Sequence record: PQ306573.1
Length of the DNA: 64,000 bases
Direction: 5' to 3' (one strand)
From: Escherichia phage vB_EcoM_PTE-Eco05
Position numbers and translations under genes: made by a program
Notes under the pieces: generated by a model
The model's input: the letters and a program-made list of their open reading frames with translations, nothing else
What the model was told of the DNA's origin: nothing
Databases searched by the model: none
In this document: positions 1 to 8,721 of the stretch, piece by piece
How the letters are laid out: the number at the start of each line of letters is the position of its first letter
Position numbering within the stretch: the first letter of the stretch is position 1

Positions 1-31
1 CCAAGGTTCTTGGAATGCATTCAAAAATCAA

Positions 32-865
32 ATGATGGGTGTATATGTCCACCAAGATAACCCTGATGTCCAAATTTTCAAATGCTTCCATAATGGACGC
101 GAAACTCATTTTGAAGCATATATTGTTCCGGCAATCACTAATGTCCGTGAATTAGTCGGTGAACTCACTCCTGAAGATTTCACGTCTTCTTATGACCTTT
201 TAAAATACGCCAAGAAAAATTTGACTAAAGACCGTTTGAACGGGTTTTACTGGGCAACTCCTGAGATATGTCTTGCAATTAAGATGTCTCATCGTTTCAA
301 GAAAAATAATCCATTCTTTTTAAAGACTATGAACCATATTCAGTATCTTCGTGGTAAAGGTGTTACACTGAACGATGAACTTACTGAAATTATGCTGAAA
401 CGCCAGAAAGAAACCTTGAACTATGCTCACCCAGTTCTTGACACTTCTAAAAGTGCGTTCTTTAAAGATGACATCTATACATATGACCATGATACTATTC
501 ATGAAGCCATTGCACTAACAGACCGTCCAGCGTATACATTTTATATGAAAGATGGTTCTGAAGTCATGACCTCACGCGAGAAGTTCGAATCGTTACCGGA
601 AATGATTAAACTGGCCGGTGTATACGAAGAATCATGTGTACTAGCATTAGAACGTTCTCAGATTCCTAATGACTTTAAAATTAACCCTGAAGCCAGTTTC
701 ATGATGGCATTGGAAAAAGTCTGTACAAGCATCACCTCCGGTTGGTTCCGTGAGTATGCCTGGGAAAACTACAGCAAAGTAGTAAGTATGTACCAAAGCT
801 TAGGACATGATGATTACGTCAAACGTTTCAAACAAAATTTCCATATTGTAAAACCTTTCAAATAA
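32..865 (+). CDS. hypothetical protein; reading frame is open to the window edge, so possibly 5'-truncated
   Basis: 277-aa ORF in track; no stop between position 2 and the first ATG; sits upstream of nudE where T4 has e.x genes. Confidence 0.5.
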   Translation: MMGVYVHQDNPDVQIFKCFHNGRETHFEAYIVPAITNVRELVGELTPEDFTSSYDLLKYAKKNLTKDRLNGFYWATPEICLAIKMSHRFKKNNPFFLKTMNHIQYLRGKGVTLNDELTEIMLKRQKETLNYAHPVLDTSKSAFFKDDIYTYDHDTIHEAIALTDRPAYTFYMKDGSEVMTSREKFESLPEMIKLAGVYEESCVLALERSQIPNDFKINPEASFMMALEKVCTSITSGWFREYAWENYSKVVSMYQSLGHDDYVKRFKQNFHIVKPFK

Positions 866-936
866 TTTCGCAAAACTGTTTACACAATTATAGGATTATG
901 TTATAGTAAGTCCTATTAAAACATGAGGAGAATATT

Positions 937-1242
937 ATGAAATTAGGCGAAACCAACCGAATTGGTCTTTTAACAATATTTGCATCACCATTTTACGCAG
1001 CTCTTTCTGTTGCAGTATTACAAAAGGCTTACAGTATGGATGGTGTTCCTGGTTTTGTATTCTTATCACCGTTTTTATTATTCGTCGGAGCTTTGTTATT
1101 ATATGCCACGACTAGTTTCGACCATAATGTCTGGGTCAATTATAAATGTAAATTGACCGAAGAAGAACACGCAGAAGCTCGTAAAAAAGCTATTGAATCT
1201 ACCAATCTAGAAAATTTCATTAAAGAATGTCGAGGAAAATAA
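937..1242 (+). CDS. small membrane protein
   Basis: 101-aa ORF with two hydrophobic segments; GAGGAG RBS upstream. Confidence 0.55.
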   Translation: MKLGETNRIGLLTIFASPFYAALSVAVLQKAYSMDGVPGFVFLSPFLLFVGALLLYATTSFDHNVWVNYKCKLTEEEHAEARKKAIESTNLENFIKECRGK

Positions 1243-1243
1243 T

Positions 1244-1930
1244 ATGAATAGTTCTAAAGTGTTTAATAGTCAAGCTCGTGCAGTAGGTGGTTTTGCTCAT
1301 GCGATTAAAAACGACCAGATTAAAAACGAGCCTATGTTCTTTAACTGCGATTTAAATTTTGCTTTTGATAATGGCGGCCCAATTACTCGTAGCTTTATCC
1401 AAAATCTTCCTGACGATTGGAAAGACTCGGATGTAGTATTTGATTCACGAGTCCACATGCTGATGCCTGGTTGGTACCCTGCTATTCCTGGATATCACCA
1501 TGATGATATTCCTCGCCCTGATATTCCAGTTGGTCAACACTTTATTACTGCAGGACAACCTGACTATGACAATCCTCGCTATTTGTCTGAACATATTCTT
1601 GGTCTTGTTAACGCTGATGTGTGTCCTACTCATTTTGCAACAGGAACTGCAGAGTTCAGTCAGATTCCTGATGGCGAACTTATCTATCGTCAGTGGCACA
1701 AAGAAGTCCTCGAAAAAATTGAAAAAGGTGAACTAGAGAAATGGGAAGCTCCAGATCGTACTCTTCTTCAGTTTGATTGGCAAACATGGCACACTGGTTC
1801 TCGTGCAATTAGTAACGGATGGCGTTGGTTCGGACGTGTATCTCGTAGTACAGACCGAGTTAAAAAGATTACCAATGAAATTCGTGTCAACGCCCAAGTT
1901 TATCTGGAATTCCCTATGGAAGGCTGGTAA
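1244..1930 (+). CDS. hypothetical protein
   Basis: 228-aa ORF abutting the previous stop. Confidence 0.55.
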   Translation: MNSSKVFNSQARAVGGFAHAIKNDQIKNEPMFFNCDLNFAFDNGGPITRSFIQNLPDDWKDSDVVFDSRVHMLMPGWYPAIPGYHHDDIPRPDIPVGQHFITAGQPDYDNPRYLSEHILGLVNADVCPTHFATGTAEFSQIPDGELIYRQWHKEVLEKIEKGELEKWEAPDRTLLQFDWQTWHTGSRAISNGWRWFGRVSRSTDRVKKITNEIRVNAQVYLEFPMEGW

Positions 1931-2421
1931 TGATACAGAAAATTCACTGGTCAAACATGGACGATGGCGACGAAGGTATTTCATACTATTCAGTAGGATG
2001 GACAGGATGTCCATCCTACTTAGTGAAACACCATTGTCAAGCATTTAAAATCGACAAACCAGCAGGTATTATCGTGAACAGATACATTAATGGATATCAA
2101 CCTATCGATGAAGTAATACGAACAACTCAAGCTGAGCTTGAAAAGTTTTTCAATAAGTGCCAATGGATAACAGGATGGATTATATTTGTACCGTCGGTAT
2201 GGTTTTTCGGTACTAAGGTGAGTTCTTTCGGTTTTGTTGATATTATCGCTATCTTATTAGCATCTACTATCGTAAGTATTATTGGTGGTATTATTGGTGG
2301 AGGTACTGTAGGCATCATTATTAATCTTGTTAAAAGTAGTTTACAGGAACGTAAAGACAAGATAAAGGCCAAGAATAATGAAGTTGAACGTTTTATTACC
2401 GAATGCAGGAATTTGAGATGA
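1930..2421 (+). CDS. hypothetical protein with C-terminal Gly-rich hydrophobic segment
   Basis: 163-aa ORF; IIGGIIGGGTVGIII segment. Confidence 0.5.
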   Translation: MIQKIHWSNMDDGDEGISYYSVGWTGCPSYLVKHHCQAFKIDKPAGIIVNRYINGYQPIDEVIRTTQAELEKFFNKCQWITGWIIFVPSVWFFGTKVSSFGFVDIIAILLASTIVSIIGGIIGGGTVGIIINLVKSSLQERKDKIKAKNNEVERFITECRNLR

Positions 2422-2654
2422 GTATAGCAATTTACATTAAATCAGAATCATGTGATAGTTACCTGTACACATACGATAAAGATGTGTCAGAAGAAAAAAT
2501 CAAAGACGACCTTAATATGGACCTTGATATGTTCTGTCCTATTGCAGATTACAAACTTGCGGTCTCTAATAGTGAAAGTCCATCTAAAGAAACGCGCATT
2601 GAAGAATTTATGTCCGAATTAATGGCCAAATCATGGGACCGAGATGATGAGTAA
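2403..2654 (+). CDS. hypothetical acidic protein
   Basis: 83-aa ORF; start uncertain (alternative ATG at 2418). Confidence 0.45.
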   Translation: MQEFEMSIAIYIKSESCDSYLYTYDKDVSEEKIKDDLNMDLDMFCPIADYKLAVSNSESPSKETRIEEFMSELMAKSWDRDDE

Positions 2655-3102
2655 GAAAAATAAAGCGAAAGAACTATCAGCCGGTATTATTTTCCTTACC
2701 GAAGATAAAGAATTATTCATGGGGCGTGTAACTGGTTCTCGTCCTAAAGGTGCATTAGCTCATCGGTGGGATATTCCTAAAGGACGTGTCGAGCCCGGTG
2801 AATCTCCTATTGAAGCCGCTATTCGCGAATGCGAAGAAGAAACTGGGTTTACACAATATGACCCTGCCTTCCTGAAAGACCTAGGTGAACATCATTACTC
2901 AGACAATAAGAATATACATCTGTTCCTATATACCATCCCTGTAGAGCACGAGCAATTCAGAAACAGTATTTGTAATTCATATCATACATTCCCAGACGGA
3001 CGTCAGATTCCTGAATTTGATGCATTCGCTTTAATTAAACCTTCTCAATGGGAATATGTGATGGGCAAATCATTATATAAGGTGCTCACTACCCTACTAT
3101 AA
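2644..3102 (+). CDS. nudE: Nudix hydrolase
   Basis: 152 aa; Nudix box GRVEPGESPIEAAIRECEEETGF; directly upstream of lysozyme as in T4. Confidence 0.85.
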   Translation: MMSKKNKAKELSAGIIFLTEDKELFMGRVTGSRPKGALAHRWDIPKGRVEPGESPIEAAIRECEEETGFTQYDPAFLKDLGEHHYSDNKNIHLFLYTIPVEHEQFRNSICNSYHTFPDGRQIPEFDAFALIKPSQWEYVMGKSLYKVLTTLL

Positions 3103-3108
3103 GTAATA

Positions 3109-3136
3109 AATACCTCCTATAAACATGGGAGGTATT
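3109..3136 (+). promoter_or_regulatory. RBS-sequestering hairpin (9-bp inverted repeat AATACCTCC / GGAGGTATT) with late-promoter-like TATAAACA in the loop
   Basis: perfect inverted repeat read from sequence; SD GGAGG lies in the 3' arm; matches the known T4 gene e arrangement. Confidence 0.6.
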
Positions 3137-3625
3137 ATGAATATATTTGAAATGCTTCGTAATGACGAAGGTCTTAGACTGACTTTATACAAAGACACTG
3201 AAGGCTTTTGGACGATTGGCATAGGCCATTTGGTAACAAAGAACCCGTCTTTAGCCGTAGCTAAAGCTGAACTTGACAGAATGATCGGTCGTAAATGCAA
3301 CGGTACAATTACCCTTGATGAGGCTGAAAAGCTATTTAACGAAGACGTTGATAAAGCCGTTCGCGGAATCTTGGGTAATGCTAAACTTAAACCGGTATAT
3401 GATTCTTTAGATGCGGTTCGTCGATGTGCATTGGTCAATATGGTCTTCCAAATGGGTGTAGCAGGCGTCGCTGGTTTTACTAATTCTCTTCGTATGCTTC
3501 AACAGAAACGTTGGGATGAAGCGGCAGTAAATCTAGCCCAATCTAAATGGTATCGTCAGACACCTAATCGCGCGAAACGCGTAATCTCAACATTTAAAAC
3601 AGGAACTTGGAAAGCGTATATATGA
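3137..3625 (+). CDS. e: lysozyme (T4 endolysin)
   Basis: [23 protein letters not shown]... near-identical to T4 lysozyme over full length. Confidence 0.97.
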   Translation: MNIFEMLRNDEGLRLTLYKDTEGFWTIGIGHLVTKNPSLAVAKAELDRMIGRKCNGTITLDEAEKLFNEDVDKAVRGILGNAKLKPVYDSLDAVRRCALVNMVFQMGVAGVAGFTNSLRMLQQKRWDEAAVNLAQSKWYRQTPNRAKRVISTFKTGTWKAYI

Positions 3626-3903
3626 AAACATATAGTGAATTTTTATCAGAATCTATTCTTAGCGAAGCTACCGACACATTTGCAACTAAGCTAGGTGCAG
3701 CTTTGGTTGAAGCCGAAAGTCTATTAGCACGTATTTCTGAACTTGCTAGTAAGATAGATACTCGCAAATTTGAACGTACCAGCGATATCGCTAAGCTTGA
3801 AGCCTTGTTACGTATGTGCGATAAACCGGAAGAAATCGCTAAGAACGGCTCGCTGATGAAACAACGTCTTGAAAAATATATTTCAGGCGCTTCAGAAAAA
3901 TAG
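3622..3903 (+). CDS. internal-protein-like with capsid targeting sequence
   Basis: N-terminus [10 protein letters not shown] resembles T4 CTS MKTYQEFIAE; ATGA overlap with e stop. Confidence 0.55.
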   Translation: MKTYSEFLSESILSEATDTFATKLGAALVEAESLLARISELASKIDTRKFERTSDIAKLEALLRMCDKPEEIAKNGSLMKQRLEKYISGASEK

Positions 3904-3904
3904 T

Positions 3905-3934
3905 GTTTACTTCCTCCAAGGACTTTGATACTAT
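3905..3934 (+). promoter_or_regulatory. T4-type early promoter (GTTTAC, 18-nt spacer, TACTAT)
   Basis: GTTTAC at 3905-3910, TACTAT at 3929-3934; 10-bp inverted repeat TTCCTCCAAG / CTTGGAGGAA (3911-3920 / 3950-3959) pairs spacer with the denV SD. Confidence 0.5.
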
Positions 3935-3961
3935 ACATTCATCAACTACTTGGAGGAAATT

Positions 3962-4375
3962 ATGACTCGTATCAATTTAACACTTGTTTCTGAACTGACC
4001 GACCAACATCTTATGGCTGAGTATCGTGAATTACCACGCGTATTTGGTGCAGTCCGTAAACATGTTCAAAACGGTAAACGTGTAAAGGATTTTAAAATCT
4101 CTCCAACATTTATCTTAGGCGCAGGTCATGTAACATTCTTTTACGACAAACTCGAATTTTTACGTTTACGTCAAATCGAGCTAATCGCCGAATGTTTGAA
4201 ACGTGGTTTCAAAATCAAGGACACGACTGTCCAGGATATTTCCGACATCCCTGCCGAATTTCGTAATAATTATGTCCCGTCCGAAGCGTCCATTGCGATA
4301 AGTCAAGCACGCTTAGATGAAAAAATTGCTCAACGTCCGACTTGGTACAAATACTATGGTAAATCAATTTACTAA
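3962..4375 (+). CDS. denV: endonuclease V, pyrimidine-dimer DNA glycosylase
   Basis: [34 protein letters not shown]... near-identical to T4 endo V. Confidence 0.95.
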   Translation: MTRINLTLVSELTDQHLMAEYRELPRVFGAVRKHVQNGKRVKDFKISPTFILGAGHVTFFYDKLEFLRLRQIELIAECLKRGFKIKDTTVQDISDIPAEFRNNYVPSEASIAISQARLDEKIAQRPTWYKYYGKSIY

Positions 4376-4381
4376 GGAAAA

Positions 4382-4642
4382 ATGAAAATGTATCAAGAAT
4401 TTATCATTGAAGCAGATGCCAAAGGTCCTAAATTTAAAGTTAAAGCTTTCATTGGTGATGCGGAAGATTTTGGCTCATTAAAACGTAATGGGTACTTTTT
4501 CTTAGGTGGCGATGGTAAAGAAATCAACACCTATGCAAAACGTAGTGAAATTGCTTATGTTGTAGCAAGTCCTAAAGTAGATGTTGACGATATTGGATAC
4601 GATTTTAACAACTTCGGAATTATTTCTGGCGGTAAAGCTTAA
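4382..4642 (+). CDS. internal protein with CTS
   Basis: N-terminus MKMYQEFIIEA. Confidence 0.65.
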   Translation: MKMYQEFIIEADAKGPKFKVKAFIGDAEDFGSLKRNGYFFLGGDGKEINTYAKRSEIAYVVASPKVDVDDIGYDFNNFGIISGGKA

Positions 4643-4705
4643 ATTGTTTACGCTTAAGTATTAATATGGTATAATTACTCTATCAAAACAAACAAGGAAA
4701 CAAAA

Positions 4706-5284
4706 ATGAAAACATATAAAGAATTTATCGCCGAGGCCTTTGCAGGAAAAGCTCAAGGCATTAATAAGGACGAGTGGACTTATCGTGGCGGAAACGGCTT
4801 TGACCCTAAAACAGCTCCTATTGAACGGTACTTAGCTACAAAGGCTTCCGACTTTAAAGCCTTCGCTTGGGAAGGACTTCGCTGGCGTAACGATCTAAAT
4901 ATTGAAGTTGACGGTCTTAAATTTGCTCATATTGAAGATGTTGTTGCTAGTAACTTAGACGCAGCTTTTGTTAAAGCCGACAGTGACCTTCGTCGTTGGA
5001 ATTTAAAACTGTTCTCTAAACAAAAAGGCCCGAAGTTTGTGCCTAAAGCCGGTAAATGGGTTATTGATAATAAATTAGCTAAGGCTGTCAACTACGCTGG
5101 TCTTGAATTCGCCAAACACAAATCATCATGGAGAAGTCTTGATGCAATGGCTTTCCGTAAAGAATTTGCCGATGTTATGACTAAAGGCGGCTTTAAGGCA
5201 GAAATAGATACCTCTAAAGGTACGTTTAAAGACGCTAATGTTCAGTACGCTTACGCCGTTGCCAATGCAGCCCGTAATTCCTAA
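4706..5284 (+). CDS. internal protein, IPIII-like
   Basis: N-terminus MKTYKEFIAEA; 192 aa, similar in size to T4 IPIII. Confidence 0.7.
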   Translation: MKTYKEFIAEAFAGKAQGINKDEWTYRGGNGFDPKTAPIERYLATKASDFKAFAWEGLRWRNDLNIEVDGLKFAHIEDVVASNLDAAFVKADSDLRRWNLKLFSKQKGPKFVPKAGKWVIDNKLAKAVNYAGLEFAKHKSSWRSLDAMAFRKEFADVMTKGGFKAEIDTSKGTFKDANVQYAYAVANAARNS

Positions 5285-5325
5285 TAAAGCTAATACTCAG
5301 ACCTATTTACATTTAAAGGAAACAT

Positions 5326-5628
5326 ATGAAAACATATCAAGAATTTATTACTGAAGCGCGAGTGAGTGCAGGTAAATTAGAAGCCGCTATAAATAAAAAG
5401 GCCCATTCATTTCATGATTTGTCCGATAAAGACCGTAAGAAACTTGTAAGCCTTTATATTGACAAAGAGCGTATTCTCGCTCTTCCTGGCGCTAATGAAG
5501 GTAAACAGGCCAAGCCTTTGAATGCTGTCGAAAAGAAAATTGATAACTTTGCTTCTAAATTCGGTATGTCTATGGATGACCTTCAGCAAGCGGCTATCGA
5601 AGCAGCTAAAGTAATTAAAGGTAAATAA
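5326..5628 (+). CDS. internal protein, IPII-like
   Basis: N-terminus MKTYQEFITEA; 100 aa, same size as T4 IPII. Confidence 0.7.
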   Translation: MKTYQEFITEARVSAGKLEAAINKKAHSFHDLSDKDRKKLVSLYIDKERILALPGANEGKQAKPLNAVEKKIDNFASKFGMSMDDLQQAAIEAAKVIKGK

Positions 5629-5741
5629 CAGTTTACTTTCTCCTAGAATTGTGATAGTATATTCATAATTACTTGGAGTGGTAAATACAGAAATGGACAA
5701 TTCATGCGCCACGGAATGGCCCAACCTAAAAGAGAAACTAA

Positions 5742-6281
5742 ATGAGAACATTTTTAACTGGACCTTATCTATCCCTGATGAATGCTTTTACACACCATTC
5801 TGATGCTAGAGTAGAAGAAATTTGTAAGAACGGTTATGTCCCACCATTTGAAGACGTACTCAAGCAGTACTGTACACTTCGACTAGACGGTGGACGTCAA
5901 TCAGGTAAATCGACCGCAGTAACTAATTTTGCTGTTAATTGGCTATATGATGGTGGAACAGTTATTGTTCTTTCTAATACTTCAGCTTATGCTAAAATTT
6001 CTGCTGGCAACATTAAAAAAGAATTTTCTCGTTATTCTAGCGATGATATTCGATTCCGTTTATTTACTGATTCTGTTCGTAGTTTTATTGGCAATGAAGG
6101 TTCTAAATTCCGTGGATTAACGCTTTCTCGTATTCTGTACATAATTGACGAGCCTATTAAAGCTCCTGATATGGATAAGATTTACAATGTCCATATTAAA
6201 ACAGTCCAACACTGTTGCAAAAGCAAATATTGCATCGGCGGTATTGCTCGTCCTCAATTTTTTGTGATTGGAATGCAATGA
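5742..6281 (+). CDS. hypothetical protein with P-loop-like GRQSGKST
   Basis: 179-aa ORF; Walker A-like motif. Confidence 0.5.
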   Translation: MRTFLTGPYLSLMNAFTHHSDARVEEICKNGYVPPFEDVLKQYCTLRLDGGRQSGKSTAVTNFAVNWLYDGGTVIVLSNTSAYAKISAGNIKKEFSRYSSDDIRFRLFTDSVRSFIGNEGSKFRGLTLSRILYIIDEPIKAPDMDKIYNVHIKTVQHCCKSKYCIGGIARPQFFVIGMQ

Positions 6282-6586
6282 TGACCACTATTGAAGTTTT
6301 TGAGTATTGTTATAACAGCCCAGTATGCAATAAAAGGGCTCTTGTAGAAAATTATGAGATTTACCATTTTAAACCTAAACGATATCGTTTGACTAAAGGT
6401 CCGTTCGCAGGGCAGCAGGTTCTTTGTACTGCTCCTAATGCACGGTTGATGACTAGTATTCCGCATTTCAAAATGGAATTTATTGATGGGCCATTTAAGG
6501 GATTAATCACTCAAAGTTTAATGGCGTTTAATTCCGTCCCATTTTTGATTAAAGAAAAAACTTGGATAAATTTATTTTCTAATTGA
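6278..6586 (+). CDS. hypothetical protein
   Basis: ATGA overlap with previous stop; 102 aa. Confidence 0.45.
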   Translation: MMTTIEVFEYCYNSPVCNKRALVENYEIYHFKPKRYRLTKGPFAGQQVLCTAPNARLMTSIPHFKMEFIDGPFKGLITQSLMAFNSVPFLIKEKTWINLFSN

Positions 6587-6592
6587 GGTTAT

Positions 6593-6955
6593 ATGAAAGC
6601 ATATCAAATTCTTGAAGGTGCACATAAAGGCACTATTTATTTTGAAGACGGTACTCAAGCCCGGATTATTGTCTCTAAGACTTTTAAAGAAGACGCTATT
6701 GTAGACCCGGAAATTTTCTACGGTTTGCATGCCCGTGAAATTGAAATTGAACATCAACCTAAAGTTAAAATTGAAGGTGGTCAACATCTGAACGTTAACG
6801 TTCTGCGTCGTGAAACTCTGGAAGATGCAGTTAAGCATCCGGAAAAATATCCGCAGCTGACCATTCGTGTATCCGGTTATGCAGTTCGCTTTAACTCTCT
6901 GACTCCGGAACAGCAGCGCGACGTTATCGCTCGTACCTTTACTGAGAGTCTATAA
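6593..6955 (+). CDS. autonomous glycyl-radical cofactor GrcA/YfiD-like protein
   Basis: C-terminal ~57 aa [59 protein letters not shown] matches E. coli GrcA including the RVSGY glycyl-radical motif. Confidence 0.85.
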   Translation: MKAYQILEGAHKGTIYFEDGTQARIIVSKTFKEDAIVDPEIFYGLHAREIEIEHQPKVKIEGGQHLNVNVLRRETLEDAVKHPEKYPQLTIRVSGYAVRFNSLTPEQQRDVIARTFTESL

Positions 6956-7179
6956 TGGCTAAATTGATTATAGAAGGGTCTGAAGATGTTTTAAAATGTT
7001 TTGCCGCCTGGTTTAGTTGCTCAGGCGAGCAATCATTCATTGAAGCATTTAGAATGGGTGATATTACTGGAAACTATCCGACAACTGATATCACTGTACG
7101 TGGATATGGTATTAATGAGCCTATCCAATTGGTCGAATATGACCTTGCCACCGATGAGGAAATTCCTTATGTCGATTGA
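6955..7179 (+). CDS. hypothetical protein
   Basis: 74-aa ORF. Confidence 0.45.
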   Translation: MAKLIIEGSEDVLKCFAAWFSCSGEQSFIEAFRMGDITGNYPTTDITVRGYGINEPIQLVEYDLATDEEIPYVD

Positions 7180-7435
7180 AGACATCAAAGGCTACAAGCC
7201 GCATACCGATGATAAAATCGGTAAAGTGAACGCTATTAAAGATGCCGAAGTCCGTCTTGGATTGATGTTTGATGCTCTGATTGAAGAAGCATATATCTTG
7301 AAAGAAAATGAAACAGAGCAACAAACCAAAGAAGATATGGATGCAGTGCAGGCTCTTAAGTATGCTAAGCAACATCTAAAAGAAGCCAGCATGTGGGCAT
7401 GTCGTGCGGTATTTCGACCTGAGGAAAAATACTAA
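7170..7435 (+). CDS. hypothetical small helical protein
   Basis: 88 aa from ATG 7170; the track's longer ORF starts further upstream. Confidence 0.45.
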
Positions 7436-7650
7436 TGGCTTCTACTATTACTGGGTTATTGGACTTCCAAGAAAAGGTCAACAAAATTTGTAGTGAATAC
7501 TTAAAGTATCTTGAAGAAGACCTTGAAGACTGTAAGGAAGAAGGCGAAGAAGACTATGCTGACCAGCGTCGTCGCCAAATCGAAGAGATGAGGCATTTCG
7601 CCAATATAGTATCTAAAGAATCCTGGGCTTTAACTCCATTTTATCAATAA
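7435..7650 (+). CDS. hypothetical acidic protein
   Basis: 71-aa ORF. Confidence 0.5.
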   Translation: MASTITGLLDFQEKVNKICSEYLKYLEEDLEDCKEEGEEDYADQRRRQIEEMRHFANIVSKESWALTPFYQ

Positions 7651-7654
7651 AGTA

Positions 7655-7704
7655 GTTTACTTCTCCTCTAGTTGTGTTACTATAGACCTGTCAACTAGAG
7701 GAGA
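7655..7704 (+). promoter_or_regulatory. early promoter (GTTTAC, 17 nt, TG-extended TACTAT) inside a perfect 13-bp inverted repeat that contains the regB SD
   Basis: TCTCCTCTAGTTG (7662-7674) / CAACTAGAGGAGA (7692-7704); -10 lies in the 17-nt loop. Confidence 0.6.
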
Positions 7705-7711
7705 AATCAAA

Positions 7712-8170
7712 ATGACTATCAATTCGGATGTTTTTATCCGCCGTAATAAACTCCGTCGAATCTTTGAAACGGAGTTCCGCAAAATAAATGCCGGTATAAA
7801 AGATGCTGCAAAGTCTCTTGGACTACCAGGCTTTCATATCAAGTATTCTCAACATCTCTTAGATCGTGCCATCCAGAGAGAAATAGATGAGAATTACGTT
7901 TTTGAATTATTTCATAAAGTAAAAAATCACGTTAAAGAAGTTGCAGAATTTTTATCAATGCCGGCACGTCCGGATGTTGATGAAGATTTTGTCGAAGGTG
8001 TCGAATATCGCCCAGGCCGTTTAGAAATAACTGACGGAAATCTTTGGTTAGGACTTACAGTTTGTCGCGAAAATCCGGCATTCAAAATGAAGACTCTTCA
8101 ATGTAGAATGGCTATTATTAACAGTAAACGACTACCAGGAAAAGCTTCTAAAGCAGTGATTAAAATCTAG
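7712..8170 (+). CDS. regB: RegB endoribonuclease
   Basis: MTINSDVFIRRNKLRR...HLLDRAIQREIDE...LQCRMAIINSKRLPGKASKAVIK close to T4 RegB. Confidence 0.93.
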   Translation: MTINSDVFIRRNKLRRIFETEFRKINAGIKDAAKSLGLPGFHIKYSQHLLDRAIQREIDENYVFELFHKVKNHVKEVAEFLSMPARPDVDEDFVEGVEYRPGRLEITDGNLWLGLTVCRENPAFKMKTLQCRMAIINSKRLPGKASKAVIKI

Positions 8171-8178
8171 AGGTAAAC

Positions 8179-8721
8179 ATGAGAAAAGCACTACTCGCTG
8201 GTCTATTTGCTCTTTCGTTATCAGCACATAGCTCCGAGCATACTTTTAGTAATGTCCAACTCGATAACTTGAATTATGCTTATCAGTTTGGGGAACAGTT
8301 TTCTAAGGACGGAAAATTTAAAACGCATGAAAATATGCATAAGAAAGGACTTGGATACATAATGGCCGCAATACTATGGCAGGAATCATCTGCCGGTATT
8401 AATCTTAAAGATAAGAAAGGTCACCATGCGTATGGAATGTTCCAAAATTATCTACCAACAATGAGGGCAAGAATTAACCAGCTTGGTTATAATATGTCTG
8501 ATGCCCAAATTAAGAAAATGCTATCTAAGCGGTCTAATTCAGCCAGATGGGCTTATATCGAATTTTCTTATTGGTTAAATATACATAATGGGGATATAAG
8601 AAAAGCTATATCCTCATATAATGCAGGATGGAAGACAAGTGCTGGAAGTAAATATGCTTCTGAAGTCCTAGAAAAGGCTAATTACCTTAAATCAAATAAA
8701 CTACTGGAAATAAAAGAATGA
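8179..8721 (+). CDS. secreted lytic-transglycosylase-like protein
   Basis: signal peptide MRKALLAGLFALSLSAHS; WQESS...YGMFQ resembles SLT-domain motifs. Confidence 0.55.
   Translation: MRKALLAGLFALSLSAHSSEHTFSNVQLDNLNYAYQFGEQFSKDGKFKTHENMHKKGLGYIMAAILWQESSAGINLKDKKGHHAYGMFQNYLPTMRARINQLGYNMSDAQIKKMLSKRSNSARWAYIEFSYWLNIHNGDIRKAISSYNAGWKTSAGSKYASEVLEKANYLKSNKLLEIKE

Noticed and set aside
5929-6120. 63-aa ORF in an alternative frame within the 5742-6281 gene
   Set aside because: Low-complexity Leu/Phe-rich translation typical of an AT-rich out-of-frame read; no RBS.
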